Shown here: one piece after another, positions 36,963-46,661 of the stretch
How positions within the stretch are numbered: the first letter of the stretch is position 1
Layout of the letters: each line of letters begins with the position of its first letter
Source of the DNA: a virus
Lineage: Duplodnaviria > Caudoviricetes
Virus record (IMG/VR): IMGVR_UViG_3300027533_000013
Span: 32,001-96,000 of that record
Direction: 5' to 3' (one strand)
DNA: 64,000 nt
Translations under genes and position numbers: made by a program
Notes under the pieces: generated by a model
The model's input: the letters and a program-made list of their open reading frames with translations, nothing else
What the model was told of the DNA's origin: nothing
Databases searched by the model: none

Positions 36963-38434
36963 TGCCCTACCTGAACAAGTACGGTGAATGGTGTGCAGGT
37001 ATCGGCAGTGTTGGTGTGTCGTGGGGATCGGTGACTGGAATAGGCACGGTAATCTGGCCCACGGGTGGTGGTGCTCACTGGCTCGATGATGACACGGTGA
37101 TCGCCCAAAATTGCCCCGGTGGGGTCTGTGGTATTTGGTCGTATAACGTGCGCCTTAGTTCAGAAGTCCTAATCTCGGACAAGGGAGCTAACGACCTGAG
37201 TGCAAAATCAGGCGTGTGGGCTGCGTGGCTTGGTGGTAATCCTGCCTATGGTGTGTTTAGTTCAACGGGTAAGTTGTTGCCGAAGGCGGGTCTGTCGGTA
37301 ACGAGCGTGGGTTCAGACGGATCGATTGCTATCAAGAGAAGCTATCAGGGCATTGGTAATTGGGACGTTCATGAAATGACCGGAGCGGTGTGGCTGCTGA
37401 CCGGTGGGGATGCGTCCTCCATTCATTTGCTAGGCTCACGGAAAGCCTCGTGGATTGAAGGTGGTTTCCCAAAGGTGACGGACCTTGTTCCGAGGCCGAA
37501 TCCGAGAGCCACTCCGATTTACTGGCTCCGCATGTTGGAGACGCCGAACGGATGGTGGTGTCTTTACAACGTAGGTAATGACACGGTGTTGCATCCCGTG
37601 GCCTCAGCAGAGGGGTATATCGTGGCGCAAGGCAATGCCTTTCAGCCCGACCTGATGCTGTATGCCCCGAACGTCATTCGTGTCGTGTATTCGCTCACGG
37701 CTGGAGAACGTCCTGAAGATATTGTCGTTCTCGACGTTGATTTGGCGGCACCACGTATAGTGGTCGCCAGTTCACCGTTACCTTTCGTACCGGGGTTACC
37801 ACCCCCCTCTAGTATTAGTGTGGGAGGCCCCGGAATTTTAAGTCCACGTCAAAGAATTCCTATCGTGCCGAGTGGCTCGATGTTGATGACGAGCATGGGA
37901 GAATTTGGTGTGGCCGGGTTATCCGAGGAATTGTTGGTGGCACCAGATGAAGTGTTCCCGACGTTTCCAGTGGAGACAGGTAAAGGGCGTCTCGTACATC
38001 CATCGTTGGGGATGTATGAGTATGAAGTCAAACCTGATGAGTGGGTGAACATCGATGCGGATGCGATTGTGCCCCCGGTCTGGGCGTCGAGTCGGACGCT
38101 GACTGGTGCGGCCAACGTGCTCTGGCCCGGTAATTTGCGTGATGTGGTGGTGGAAGAACGATGGAAAGGCGAGGGTGGAATCTCGATGCCCATCGAGCAG
38201 CTTCGCATGCTATTGTCTTTCTGGACCACCCAGCCTGACCCTGAAGAAGCCTATGTGGAATGGTATCCGACCTATATCACACGGGTCTCATTCAAGGTGC
38301 TTCTGATCGGATTGACTGCCGGAGGACAGAACATTGTGCTCGATGATGTGGTGAACTACCGTGACCTCCGTGGACCTGATGGTTGGGTGACGGCTCCTGT
38401 GGTGTTACAACTTCGACTGGTGGGACGACTGTAA
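36962..38434 (+). CDS. tail protein with C-terminal distal-tail-like domain (copy 2)
   Basis: GRLVHPSLGMYEYEVKPDEWVNID..VEERWK; N-terminus differs from copy 1. Confidence 0.55.
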   Translation: MPYLNKYGEWCAGIGSVGVSWGSVTGIGTVIWPTGGGAHWLDDDTVIAQNCPGGVCGIWSYNVRLSSEVLISDKGANDLSAKSGVWAAWLGGNPAYGVFSSTGKLLPKAGLSVTSVGSDGSIAIKRSYQGIGNWDVHEMTGAVWLLTGGDASSIHLLGSRKASWIEGGFPKVTDLVPRPNPRATPIYWLRMLETPNGWWCLYNVGNDTVLHPVASAEGYIVAQGNAFQPDLMLYAPNVIRVVYSLTAGERPEDIVVLDVDLAAPRIVVASSPLPFVPGLPPPSSISVGGPGILSPRQRIPIVPSGSMLMTSMGEFGVAGLSEELLVAPDEVFPTFPVETGKGRLVHPSLGMYEYEVKPDEWVNIDADAIVPPVWASSRTLTGAANVLWPGNLRDVVVEERWKGEGGISMPIEQLRMLLSFWTTQPDPEEAYVEWYPTYITRVSFKVLLIGLTAGGQNIVLDDVVNYRDLRGPDGWVTAPVVLQLRLVGRL

Positions 38435-40602
38435 TGGATTATCGCTGGCAACCGTGTCAGATGGATAGCAAGCGTGACGTTAGGGTGATCCTACACCCGA
38501 CCGCTTCCATCTGGGAGGTGCGGCGAGGTCTTGATCCGGGGTCTGATGACTCCGTGGACCTGTCGGAGTTTGTGACGCAAGGAACGCAGACGGCTTTTGA
38601 CGTCACGGTCACGCTCAAGTTTCGCCGTGAACTGTTTGGGACGGCTCAACCAGCCCCGAATCAGATACTGGAGATTCAGTTACAGCAGAAAGGTGTATGG
38701 AAGCCAGTTTGGCTGGGAATCGTGGACTCTTTGCATGGTTACACGTTGAGTCGTGGCGAACGCTCGATGCAATTGACTGCAAAAAGTAGGGACCAGCAAG
38801 ATATCTGGCGAAACACGAATCGGCTGACGCCGCTGTTTCCACAGTTGACGGAATTGACCTACATCGCTCAGCGAGTCGCACGTTCTGCGGAGATGAAGGG
38901 CGATGAAATTGTCCTGCCCCGAAGTTCGTACACCACGGCGCACACCAACACGCAGTTAGCCGACATGAATGCGTGGGATATGGTGTCGTCGGTGTTTACG
39001 GCACTGGGGTGGACGCCATTCATGGATGGTCAGGGACGACTCAGAGGTGCTGACCGAAATTTGCAAGGGCGTCGGCCTGATGTGGTGCTAGCCGATGAGC
39101 GGTTGATCAAGGTTGGTGGGCAGCGTCAACGACCCCCGAAATCTCGTGTGCGTGTGCTCTGGTTGAACCCCACCCTGAAGAAAGAAAAGAGACAGGGGCG
39201 ACTGTTGGGTAAGCCTGAGACCATCACGATGGGATGGTTTATTCCCTACTGGAAAAGAACCGTGTGGTTTTCGGACGACCACACGCAACGGGCTGAGAAC
39301 ACCTATCTCAATCGAGAGACGAGTTACAGTGTCAATGAGTTTGCAAGGGTATGGCTTAAATTTGATTTCGTAGAAGAGAACTGGATTCAACAGGAAGAAA
39401 ACAAAGGTAAGTTGTCGCTTATAAATTGGCAATTTATTCCTGCGTTGGCGACGTTTATTGCGATGATTAAAATCATCGGCAGTAAAAAAGATAATGTGGT
39501 AGGCATGATTAATCTTCCGGAAGAAGGAGCATTAGAAACTCCTGTTTTTGGTCCAGTGACAGGTGTTATTACTCCTACGCATCTAATGACTGAACCCTCT
39601 GCGATTGGGTCAAAGCTGGAAGCCGTACTGGTTGGGGCTTGGGCGATGATGACCATGACCATTGGCACCGGCACCTATGAAATTTGGGGTACACCCTATG
39701 ACTGGGTGCATGCACGGAACGTGTCGGAAGCCTTCGATAGTTCGGTGCCCATCTGGGTCGATAACGTCGTAGATATCGAATCCGATTTCATGGTGAATGA
39801 GGAACATGCCAAGACCACGGCGATTCGAGAGTTGATCTATCAGGCACGAGCCGCGAATAAATGGTCGGCCACGATTGTGGATGACCCTCGGATTGAATTT
39901 GGGGATATTCTTCAGTTCGATGATGGCAGCCAGTTGTATGTCGAGGACTTCTCTCGGTCATTGGAACGTGGTAGTCAAGCCGTCTTAGATGTGCAGGGAT
40001 TCCTGATTCCGGTTACGCAAGTGATCCCCGGTACGGGATTCATTGGGGCGACGATTAACCCACCAGAGATTGCGACTCCGGCCCCCGGTGGTGGCGGAAG
40101 TGAACCGGCTCCGGGACCGGGTGGCACGCCTGCCCCCGGTAATAAGGGCATTGGTCACAGACCGAATCCACCCACGGAACCGTTGACCAGTCTGAGTCAG
40201 GTCCACTGGATTGACCACGATATCTCCGGGTGGCCTGAAACCTATCCGTTGGAAGTGCATTTCCCACGTGAAGGTTCTATCACGTTGGAGCAACAAGGCA
40301 CGTCGAACTGGCCGCTGAATCCGGATGGTGGGGCAGGTAATGCGTGGATCTTCGTCTATCGTGACGGCCAATGGTATGCCGGAACGTGGGAGTGGATGCT
40401 GAAGAACCAGAAGACTAAATTCCGCGAGAACCTGATGGAGACGGGGGCCATTGCGAAGCCGCTGAAGGATTTCACGGTGCAGCCGGGTGAGGTGTATGGC
40501 TTCATGGTGAGTGGCGTGGCTCGATACGGTCCTAACAACATTCAGGAGCGTACGAGTTTGGCGTACCCGGTGACGTGGCCCGATACGGGGACACCGAGGT
40601 AG
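38434..40602 (+). CDS. baseplate hub/tail-tip protein
   Basis: WLGIVD, FMDGQGRL, DDPRIEFGDILQ hub-like motifs; Pro/Gly linker then a Trp-rich C-terminal domain. Confidence 0.6.
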   Translation: MDYRWQPCQMDSKRDVRVILHPTASIWEVRRGLDPGSDDSVDLSEFVTQGTQTAFDVTVTLKFRRELFGTAQPAPNQILEIQLQQKGVWKPVWLGIVDSLHGYTLSRGERSMQLTAKSRDQQDIWRNTNRLTPLFPQLTELTYIAQRVARSAEMKGDEIVLPRSSYTTAHTNTQLADMNAWDMVSSVFTALGWTPFMDGQGRLRGADRNLQGRRPDVVLADERLIKVGGQRQRPPKSRVRVLWLNPTLKKEKRQGRLLGKPETITMGWFIPYWKRTVWFSDDHTQRAENTYLNRETSYSVNEFARVWLKFDFVEENWIQQEENKGKLSLINWQFIPALATFIAMIKIIGSKKDNVVGMINLPEEGALETPVFGPVTGVITPTHLMTEPSAIGSKLEAVLVGAWAMMTMTIGTGTYEIWGTPYDWVHARNVSEAFDSSVPIWVDNVVDIESDFMVNEEHAKTTAIRELIYQARAANKWSATIVDDPRIEFGDILQFDDGSQLYVEDFSRSLERGSQAVLDVQGFLIPVTQVIPGTGFIGATINPPEIATPAPGGGGSEPAPGPGGTPAPGNKGIGHRPNPPTEPLTSLSQVHWIDHDISGWPETYPLEVHFPREGSITLEQQGTSNWPLNPDGGAGNAWIFVYRDGQWYAGTWEWMLKNQKTKFRENLMETGAIAKPLKDFTVQPGEVYGFMVSGVARYGPNNIQERTSLAYPVTWPDTGTPR

Positions 40603-40604
40603 TT

Positions 40605-41216
40605 ATGCCGGTATACACAGACCTTGCATCAGCCGAAGTCAAACGGCACGTCCGAAAGCTGTTTGGTATTACGATGACGCGCCCGACGCGACTCATCTCT
40701 GATGGCATGACGGACATTTGGGCCTGCGATGTTCAGATTAGTGAACGAGATCCTACGGGAAGAATTAAGCAGTATCTGAACACCAAAGATGACCAAGAGG
40801 ACGAAGATCCGGAAGATGACCTCATCACGGGCATACCGGGGCAACGCCCCGAGGATTGGCAACTTGATGACTCGTTACCCGGTCACATCGATACGACGCT
40901 TCGCAATGTGCAGATTGCGCGTAATAATGCTGATTTACTGTATGCCGATATTGGGGCCGCTGTTGTAGTTGAGCGGAGTGCCAGTGGAAACTGGCAAATC
41001 ACCGGATTTTCACAAGAGCGACCGGGCACCTACATCATGTACCCGGTGGATCTTGGGACGATGCTCATCGGTCCAGTCATTGATATTTCCATCGATACGC
41101 GCTTATTGACGCTGGCAGAGTTGGGTGAGACAGAACCTGAAGTCCATCCCTTCGGATCGCTACCTTTCGGAGCCAGTGCGATTTTTGAAGGTGGCGTGTT
41201 AGTTCGAATTGTGTAG
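40605..41216 (+). CDS. tail-associated protein
   Basis: GAGG RBS; follows the hub gene. Confidence 0.5.
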   Translation: MPVYTDLASAEVKRHVRKLFGITMTRPTRLISDGMTDIWACDVQISERDPTGRIKQYLNTKDDQEDEDPEDDLITGIPGQRPEDWQLDDSLPGHIDTTLRNVQIARNNADLLYADIGAAVVVERSASGNWQITGFSQERPGTYIMYPVDLGTMLIGPVIDISIDTRLLTLAELGETEPEVHPFGSLPFGASAIFEGGVLVRIV

Positions 41217-41224
41217 GAGCCAGC

Positions 41225-42328
41225 ATGGCTATTACGTTACGGACATTCGCCAGCGGAGACACCGATTACATTGCGAAGTTGAACGCCAATGTGTCGGCCA
41301 TCAAAGCCGCTATTGATGCGTTGCAAGGGCAAGCCGGTGCAGCCGGAGGCGTCAACGAGATTACGGTCGGCACGTTCTGGAACGCGCTGTTCAACAATGC
41401 CGACACGTTGATTGGTCCCGATAGTTACTGGCCCACGCAGGGAAGTTCCACGGTGAACGTGGCTCCCGGTGCGATGTATCTAGCGACAACTTTTACCCCG
41501 GTTCAAAAGACAACGCTCACGACGTTGAATTTTTCGGGTCAAACACCGGGCACCTATTACATTACGATCTCGTCAACAGGGCTTCCGACATTCAGTAGTG
41601 TGTTTGGTTCAGGAGCCGCCTACTCGGTGGAGTATGCCGGTGGGTCATTCGAAGGATTACCCATCCGTATTGCTCAGGTTCTTTTTGATGCCGCAGAATC
41701 TACAGCGGCACGAGAGAGTTTGACGTTAGGTGAGGTGGAATCCCCAGAGAGTGGAGAAAAGATTTTCCGGACGCTCGATGACCGTTTGGAATCCGCTGAA
41801 GAACTAGCGGCGGAAGCCAAGGTCAATGCCGATGAAGCACTTAGATTAGTCTACGAAGCAGGCATCGCACTAGAAGGAGCCATCCGGAAGGTTGGCTGCA
41901 CGGTGGACGGCACCGTGGGTGTCAAGGGTGCCATTCAGATTGACTTCGAAGGGGACATTATCGGGTGGAGCATCATCTCAGATGTGGCGGGAAGCATCGA
42001 GGTGGAAGTCTCAGTGGCCGCATCTGTGGACCCTCCGTTTGTTCCAACCATCCCAGACCCTGTAGCCGACAAGATTTCAGCGTCAGCCCCTGTGGCGTTG
42101 GTGAGTGCTCAATCCGCTGCACGAGACGAAGCTGGGGTAGAGACGTGGGATGTTCACGTCACGAAGTGGTCGGTGCTTCAGTTCAAGGTGGCCTCGGTTG
42201 GAGTTATCAACCGTGCGACGTTGTATCTCCGCATCCGAGAGACGTTACCGGTGCTCTTTACCGTGAGTCCTCCTGAGCTACCTGAATTTCCTGAGATACC
42301 GACAGAACCAAGTCCGCCCGAGGAGTAG
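41225..42328 (+). CDS. tail fibre/structural protein
   Basis: AGGAG RBS; FASGDTDYIAKLNAN; C-terminal G.IIGWSIISDVAGSI..DKISASAP module. Confidence 0.55.
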   Translation: MAITLRTFASGDTDYIAKLNANVSAIKAAIDALQGQAGAAGGVNEITVGTFWNALFNNADTLIGPDSYWPTQGSSTVNVAPGAMYLATTFTPVQKTTLTTLNFSGQTPGTYYITISSTGLPTFSSVFGSGAAYSVEYAGGSFEGLPIRIAQVLFDAAESTAARESLTLGEVESPESGEKIFRTLDDRLESAEELAAEAKVNADEALRLVYEAGIALEGAIRKVGCTVDGTVGVKGAIQIDFEGDIIGWSIISDVAGSIEVEVSVAASVDPPFVPTIPDPVADKISASAPVALVSAQSAARDEAGVETWDVHVTKWSVLQFKVASVGVINRATLYLRIRETLPVLFTVSPPELPEFPEIPTEPSPPEE

Positions 42329-42330
42329 TT

Positions 42331-43416
42331 ATGGCTTTGTTGTTCATGGATAGTTGGGATCATTACGACTTTGCAGCGTTGACGTCCAAATGGGCGTTTG
42401 GTGGAGGGGACAAAACAGACACTTCTGCTGTGGGGGCATTTGGGCGACGAAGCACGAATGGATTTAAGTATCGGTCGTCTGGCACGGTGTTTGTTGGAAA
42501 TGGTCACCTCTTAGAAAAACAATTGGTGTCGTCTGGTAATACGGCGATTGTCGGATACGCCTTCAAATGCGTAACACCGCTGTCAGATTCCGTGAATCAG
42601 TCGAACAGTGAAAGTTCAAGTACGGTGTTAGCGTCTATCCAGAATTTTGGGGTGACCCACGTCTGGTTACGATTGAATGCCGATGGTACGGTGTCAGCGA
42701 TGTATGGGTCTACCGTGTTGGAAACATCGCTCGTGGGTGTGACGCAGAACGTGTACACCTACATCGAAGTGAAGGTGGTAATCGCGGCTGCGTTGGCGGG
42801 ATCAGTCATCGTCAGGTTCAACGGGAGTGAAATCCTCAATGTGCCGGGTGTTACCACTCAAGTTGGCGCGAGTGCGACGTGGACCGGGGTGTACTTGAAG
42901 CAACGCAATGTGGCCGGTGGCCTGAATGAATGGCACATTGATGACTTCTACATGAGTGACGGCTCTGGAGCCGCCCCGTGGAATGACCTCTTAGGAGATT
43001 GCCGAGTGGATGCGGTGTTCCCCACCGCAGAGGGTGCGTCGTCTGACTGGACCCCGCTGACGGGCACGAACAATGCTGCGATGGTGAACGAAGCGGTGGC
43101 CGATGGTGACACGTCCTACGTGACCTCGGTGACCGCTGGGCACACGGACACCTACCCCGTCTCGGATACTCCCGTGGTTGGTGCCGCGCCTGCGGGAGTG
43201 CAGATATGCTTGTTTGTTCGAAAAGAAAGTGCGGGGTTGGCGAACTTAGCCCCCGTCGTTCGTCATGCCGGGATGAACTACCCGATTGCGGTTCCCAGTC
43301 CCGGCACATCTTACGGGATCAGTTATGCGATATTTCAAACGAATCCGGGGACGGATTTAGCGTGGACCGAAGCGGATTTCAACGCGGCTGAATTCGGTTT
43401 CACCCGAATGGCATAG
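42331..43416 (+). CDS. virion lectin-like structural protein (paralog A)
   Basis: MALLFMDSWDHY..YIEVKV..IDDFY..LGDCRVD..WTEADFNAAEFG. Confidence 0.6.
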   Translation: MALLFMDSWDHYDFAALTSKWAFGGGDKTDTSAVGAFGRRSTNGFKYRSSGTVFVGNGHLLEKQLVSSGNTAIVGYAFKCVTPLSDSVNQSNSESSSTVLASIQNFGVTHVWLRLNADGTVSAMYGSTVLETSLVGVTQNVYTYIEVKVVIAAALAGSVIVRFNGSEILNVPGVTTQVGASATWTGVYLKQRNVAGGLNEWHIDDFYMSDGSGAAPWNDLLGDCRVDAVFPTAEGASSDWTPLTGTNNAAMVNEAVADGDTSYVTSVTAGHTDTYPVSDTPVVGAAPAGVQICLFVRKESAGLANLAPVVRHAGMNYPIAVPSPGTSYGISYAIFQTNPGTDLAWTEADFNAAEFGFTRMA

Positions 43417-43424
43417 GAGTTGTT

Positions 43425-44537
43425 ATGGCCCTGTTGTGGATGGATTCGTTTGATCATTACGTCACGGCGGATATCGTCAAGAAATGGACCAATCTTGGCA
43501 CGCAGGGGTCTGGAACTACGACAATAGGGGCATTTGGGCGTCATAGCAGTCAAGGCATACGGCATGCCACAACGAGTGCTAATGCTTCTAGCAAGCCGAC
43601 GTTGAAAGTTGTGAGTCCTACCTCTCCCATTGCCATTGTGGGGTTTGGGTTTCAAACGAATTCGTTTGCTACCGCAGGGTCGGCCAGTGCTGGCACGATT
43701 GGCGTGTGGGACCGAGGTCAATCCGGTGGAAACGGGTGTGCGTGTCTCCTGTTCATTATGAACGGGAACCTTGTCCAAGGAGCTTTCACCCTCGTCAATG
43801 GGACGGGACAGATTCGATATTACCGGGCTGATGGCACACTGGTGTGGACTTCGACGGGTAGTCTCGGGATGAACGTGTTCCAATTTCTGGAATTCAAGAT
43901 CACATTGTCCCCCACGGTGGGGACGATAGATGTCATCAGAGATGGAGTCGCGCTCAGCGCCCCAGCCACAGGGTTGAATACGGGTCTGGCGGCAGCATGG
44001 TCTGGGTTCGTCTTAGGACGGTGTGAGTCTAACGTCTCTGTATCAATGAATTGGGATTTCGATGATGTGTATGTCTGCGATGGGGCTGGGAGTGCTCCGT
44101 GGAACACGTTCTTGGGAGATTGCCGAGTAGACGTGCGAGTGCCGACTGCTGAAGGTACGACCATTGGATGGACGCCGCTGTCTGGGTCTGATAATGCCCT
44201 GATGGTGGATGAAGCTCTGGACAATGGTGATACGGATTACAACGCCACATCTACATTGGATGCTATCGACACGTTTGTGGTGCAGGATGCCCCAATTCCC
44301 GGTGCCGCTATATACGGTGTGCAACATGTATTGAACATGAAAAAGGCCGATGCTGGAGTATGTACGGTGGCCCCCGTCATTCGCCATAGCACCACAGATT
44401 ACCCCGGAACCGCGTTGTCACCCAGTATGACCTATGCTCCTCTCACGCAGGTTCAGCCGACGAATCCGGGAACTGCCGCGCAATGGATTGAAGCTGATTT
44501 CAATGCGGCTGAGTTTGGATATAAGCGAGTGAGCTAA
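43425..44537 (+). CDS. virion lectin-like structural protein (paralog B)
   Basis: MALLWMDSFDHY..FLEFKI..FDDVY..LGDCRVD..WIEADFNAAEFG. Confidence 0.6.
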   Translation: MALLWMDSFDHYVTADIVKKWTNLGTQGSGTTTIGAFGRHSSQGIRHATTSANASSKPTLKVVSPTSPIAIVGFGFQTNSFATAGSASAGTIGVWDRGQSGGNGCACLLFIMNGNLVQGAFTLVNGTGQIRYYRADGTLVWTSTGSLGMNVFQFLEFKITLSPTVGTIDVIRDGVALSAPATGLNTGLAAAWSGFVLGRCESNVSVSMNWDFDDVYVCDGAGSAPWNTFLGDCRVDVRVPTAEGTTIGWTPLSGSDNALMVDEALDNGDTDYNATSTLDAIDTFVVQDAPIPGAAIYGVQHVLNMKKADAGVCTVAPVIRHSTTDYPGTALSPSMTYAPLTQVQPTNPGTAAQWIEADFNAAEFGYKRVS

Positions 44538-45535
44538 TGCCGCCTGCTGTAGTTGGAACCGTCTCACATCTCAACACCGGGAACAGCGAATCGACGTTGA
44601 CGATGGCGCATACGTCAACGGGTGATCCGTTGTACGTGTGTGCGTCGATTTCTGATCCGGCTGAGTCATACGGCACGATCACGTATGCAGGCATGCCCTT
44701 AGAACGTATTGGGCGGGTGACGGGCAGTTCGTTTTCACAGGAGTGGTGGTTTCTCCATAATCCCCCGGCAGGAACGGCGAATGTTGTTGTTACGTTGCTG
44801 TCTGGCTCGGATTGGTTGTCTATTTCCGCACGCAACGTGTCGGGTGGGGATCTTGACCTCTATGCGAAGAACCTAACCTCAGCGGCAGCAACCTCGACGG
44901 CTCCATCCGTGACCCTCGCCAGTGCTGTAGGCGATTTGGTACTCGACTTCCTCAGTCAGAACGCCAACAGCCAAGTCTTTACTCCCGGCGCAGGCCAGAC
45001 AGCGGACTGGGCGCAGTCTCTCACAGGTAATAACCATTACACCGCAGGTAGTAAAGAAGACGGTGCGGCATCGGTCACGATGTCGTATGGTCTGTCGATT
45101 TCAACCCCGTGGTTGTATTCCGCCATCTCGATTCCAGCGGCAGGCACCGCTGGACCTGTCGAGACGCGAGTTACGCAAGATGCGGTCGAAGTTCTCAGCC
45201 AGCCTGCGTTACCCGAAGTACGAGTTACACAAGACGCCATCGAACTGCTGAGTCAACCGACTTCAAATGCACGTATCTCGCAATACGCGGTGGAGATACT
45301 TCGTGGTGCCGTGGCTCAGGTGTGGATTACACAGGCGACGGTAGAAATCATTACCGTTCCACCCGTTGTAGCTCGTGTGTCACAACTGGCGGTGGAAGTA
45401 TTGAATTTCCCCATCGCTGAAGCCAGACTTTCGCAAGTTGCGGTTGAAGTGTTGTTGAGACTGCCTCCTGACCCGAGTGACCTGATAGGCCCGTGGATGG
45501 GGGATGGGATGGCATCTGGTATCTGGATCGAGTAG
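44537..45535 (+). CDS. virion structural protein with six C-terminal R[VI][TS]QxAVE[VI]L repeats
   Basis: Ser/Thr-rich beta domain; repeats at ~45166-45460. Confidence 0.6.
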   Translation: MPPAVVGTVSHLNTGNSESTLTMAHTSTGDPLYVCASISDPAESYGTITYAGMPLERIGRVTGSSFSQEWWFLHNPPAGTANVVVTLLSGSDWLSISARNVSGGDLDLYAKNLTSAAATSTAPSVTLASAVGDLVLDFLSQNANSQVFTPGAGQTADWAQSLTGNNHYTAGSKEDGAASVTMSYGLSISTPWLYSAISIPAAGTAGPVETRVTQDAVEVLSQPALPEVRVTQDAIELLSQPTSNARISQYAVEILRGAVAQVWITQATVEIITVPPVVARVSQLAVEVLNFPIAEARLSQVAVEVLLRLPPDPSDLIGPWMGDGMASGIWIE

Positions 45536-45564
45536 TGCAATCAATTGCAAAGGAGTGCGTACCC

Positions 45565-45966
45565 ATGTTGCAGCCACAGGCGATTGCCGAAACGTATGTG
45601 CCTCCGGCCCACTGTGTCGCCTTGACCCGGTACTTCTACCCGCCCTCAGAGCGGTCGGACGTGGTGCTGGCACGTCAGCTATTCAGGGCCGAGAAGGTCG
45701 TCTCTCAGGTCATCGTGAGGCCCCTACAGGCCCACCAGCGGGAAGCCCTACTGTGTCTGGTGTCCGATGTGGTGGCCGGGTTGGCTGCGGCTCCGGTACG
45801 GTTTGAAAAGAGTTTTCTGGTGTCGGCTATCAACAAGGGGATGTTCCAGATCGCATCGGCTGAATTTCATGTGTTCTGCTATGCGGACGGAAAGGTACAG
45901 ACCCGTCTCTGGGAAAAGAGACGGGCCGAGCGGTACCTCTTTGAGCGCGGGGAATTACTCTTCTAA
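45565..45966 (+). CDS. degenerate GH24 phage-lysozyme-like protein
   Basis: PL..HQREAL..L, SFLVSAINKG..ASAEF, GKV...L..RRAERYLF resemble the GH24 C-lobe; no catalytic E..D..T or TIGYG visible. Confidence 0.5.
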   Translation: MLQPQAIAETYVPPAHCVALTRYFYPPSERSDVVLARQLFRAEKVVSQVIVRPLQAHQREALLCLVSDVVAGLAAAPVRFEKSFLVSAINKGMFQIASAEFHVFCYADGKVQTRLWEKRRAERYLFERGELLF

Positions 45967-46275
45967 CGCTTGCTCGATGGCCGCGCACTCCTTTGTGTAG
46001 GCGGGGCCATAAATCTGAGGGAAGCCTTCCGGGGCTTCTGTGCAGACGACGACGGCTTGGTTACAGGCCAGACAGAAGTTGTTCCAGCGTCCAGCCGGAT
46101 CGTTGGGACGTTCGTGCCAGCCTGCGAGGTCGTGACCATGCTTGAATGCGGCCTTCTCCGCGTCACGCTTGCGTTCAGGTAGTTCACCGAACTGGTCGAT
46201 GGCCTCGTAGTGCTCGACAATGATCTTGCGCTTCGCCTTCACGATGTTCTTACGGCGAACAAACTTTAGTGCCAT
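45955..46275 (-). CDS. hypothetical protein (only clear minus-strand gene), H..CxxC
   Basis: AAGGAG RBS on the minus strand; has its own promoter. Confidence 0.7.
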   Translation of the reverse strand: MALKFVRRKNIVKAKRKIIVEHYEAIDQFGELPERKRDAEKAAFKHGHDLAGWHERPNDPAGRWNNFCLACNQAVVVCTEAPEGFPQIYGPAYTKECAAIEQALEE

Positions 46276-46316
46276 TTAGACTCCTTTAGGCTATGCTCAC
46301 TCCTTGAGCTTCATAG

Positions 46317-46345
46317 ATCATATCACAACGCCAACCGTTTGTCAA
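46317..46345 (-). promoter_or_regulatory. sigma70-like leftward promoter
   Basis: Minus strand TTGACA-17-TATGAT with TG extension. Confidence 0.7.
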
Positions 46346-46364
46346 ATTAGGCTCAAAACTTAAT

Positions 46365-46394
46365 TTGACAACGGGATAGGTCTGGTGCTACGCT
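46365..46394 (+). promoter_or_regulatory. sigma70-like rightward (early) promoter
   Basis: TTGACA-18-TACGCT with TG extension; divergent from the 46317 promoter. Confidence 0.6.
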
Positions 46395-46414
46395 ACAAGC
46401 CGCAATGGAGTGTG

Positions 46415-46660
46415 ATGGAAGACGAACCGCTACCTACGCTGTATAACGTCTGTCAGTTTTTCATGGACGGATCGTATGAATACGTCTGTCGATTTGTGCC
46501 CGTCGAGGAAGCGGCCAAGGCATTTGGCCACTACACACGGTCAGTCGGCGCACGAATTGGTTCGACGGTGCGCGTCATCATTACAGGGAGCGACGATTGC
46601 ATTTATGCGGAGTGGAAGTTTGGAGAAGGCTATACGTGGCCGAAGGAGTCGGTGAACTGA
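46415..46660 (+). CDS. hypothetical protein
   Basis: GGAG RBS before MEDEPLPT; inside track ORF 46385..46660. Confidence 0.6.
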   Translation: MEDEPLPTLYNVCQFFMDGSYEYVCRFVPVEEAAKAFGHYTRSVGARIGSTVRVIITGSDDCIYAEWKFGEGYTWPKESVN

Positions 46661-46661
46661 C

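Noticed and set aside
42331-44537. Paralog pairs as DGR template/variable repeats
   Set aside because: No reverse transcriptase in the window, and the similarity is at protein level rather than near-identical DNA with adenine-specific differences.
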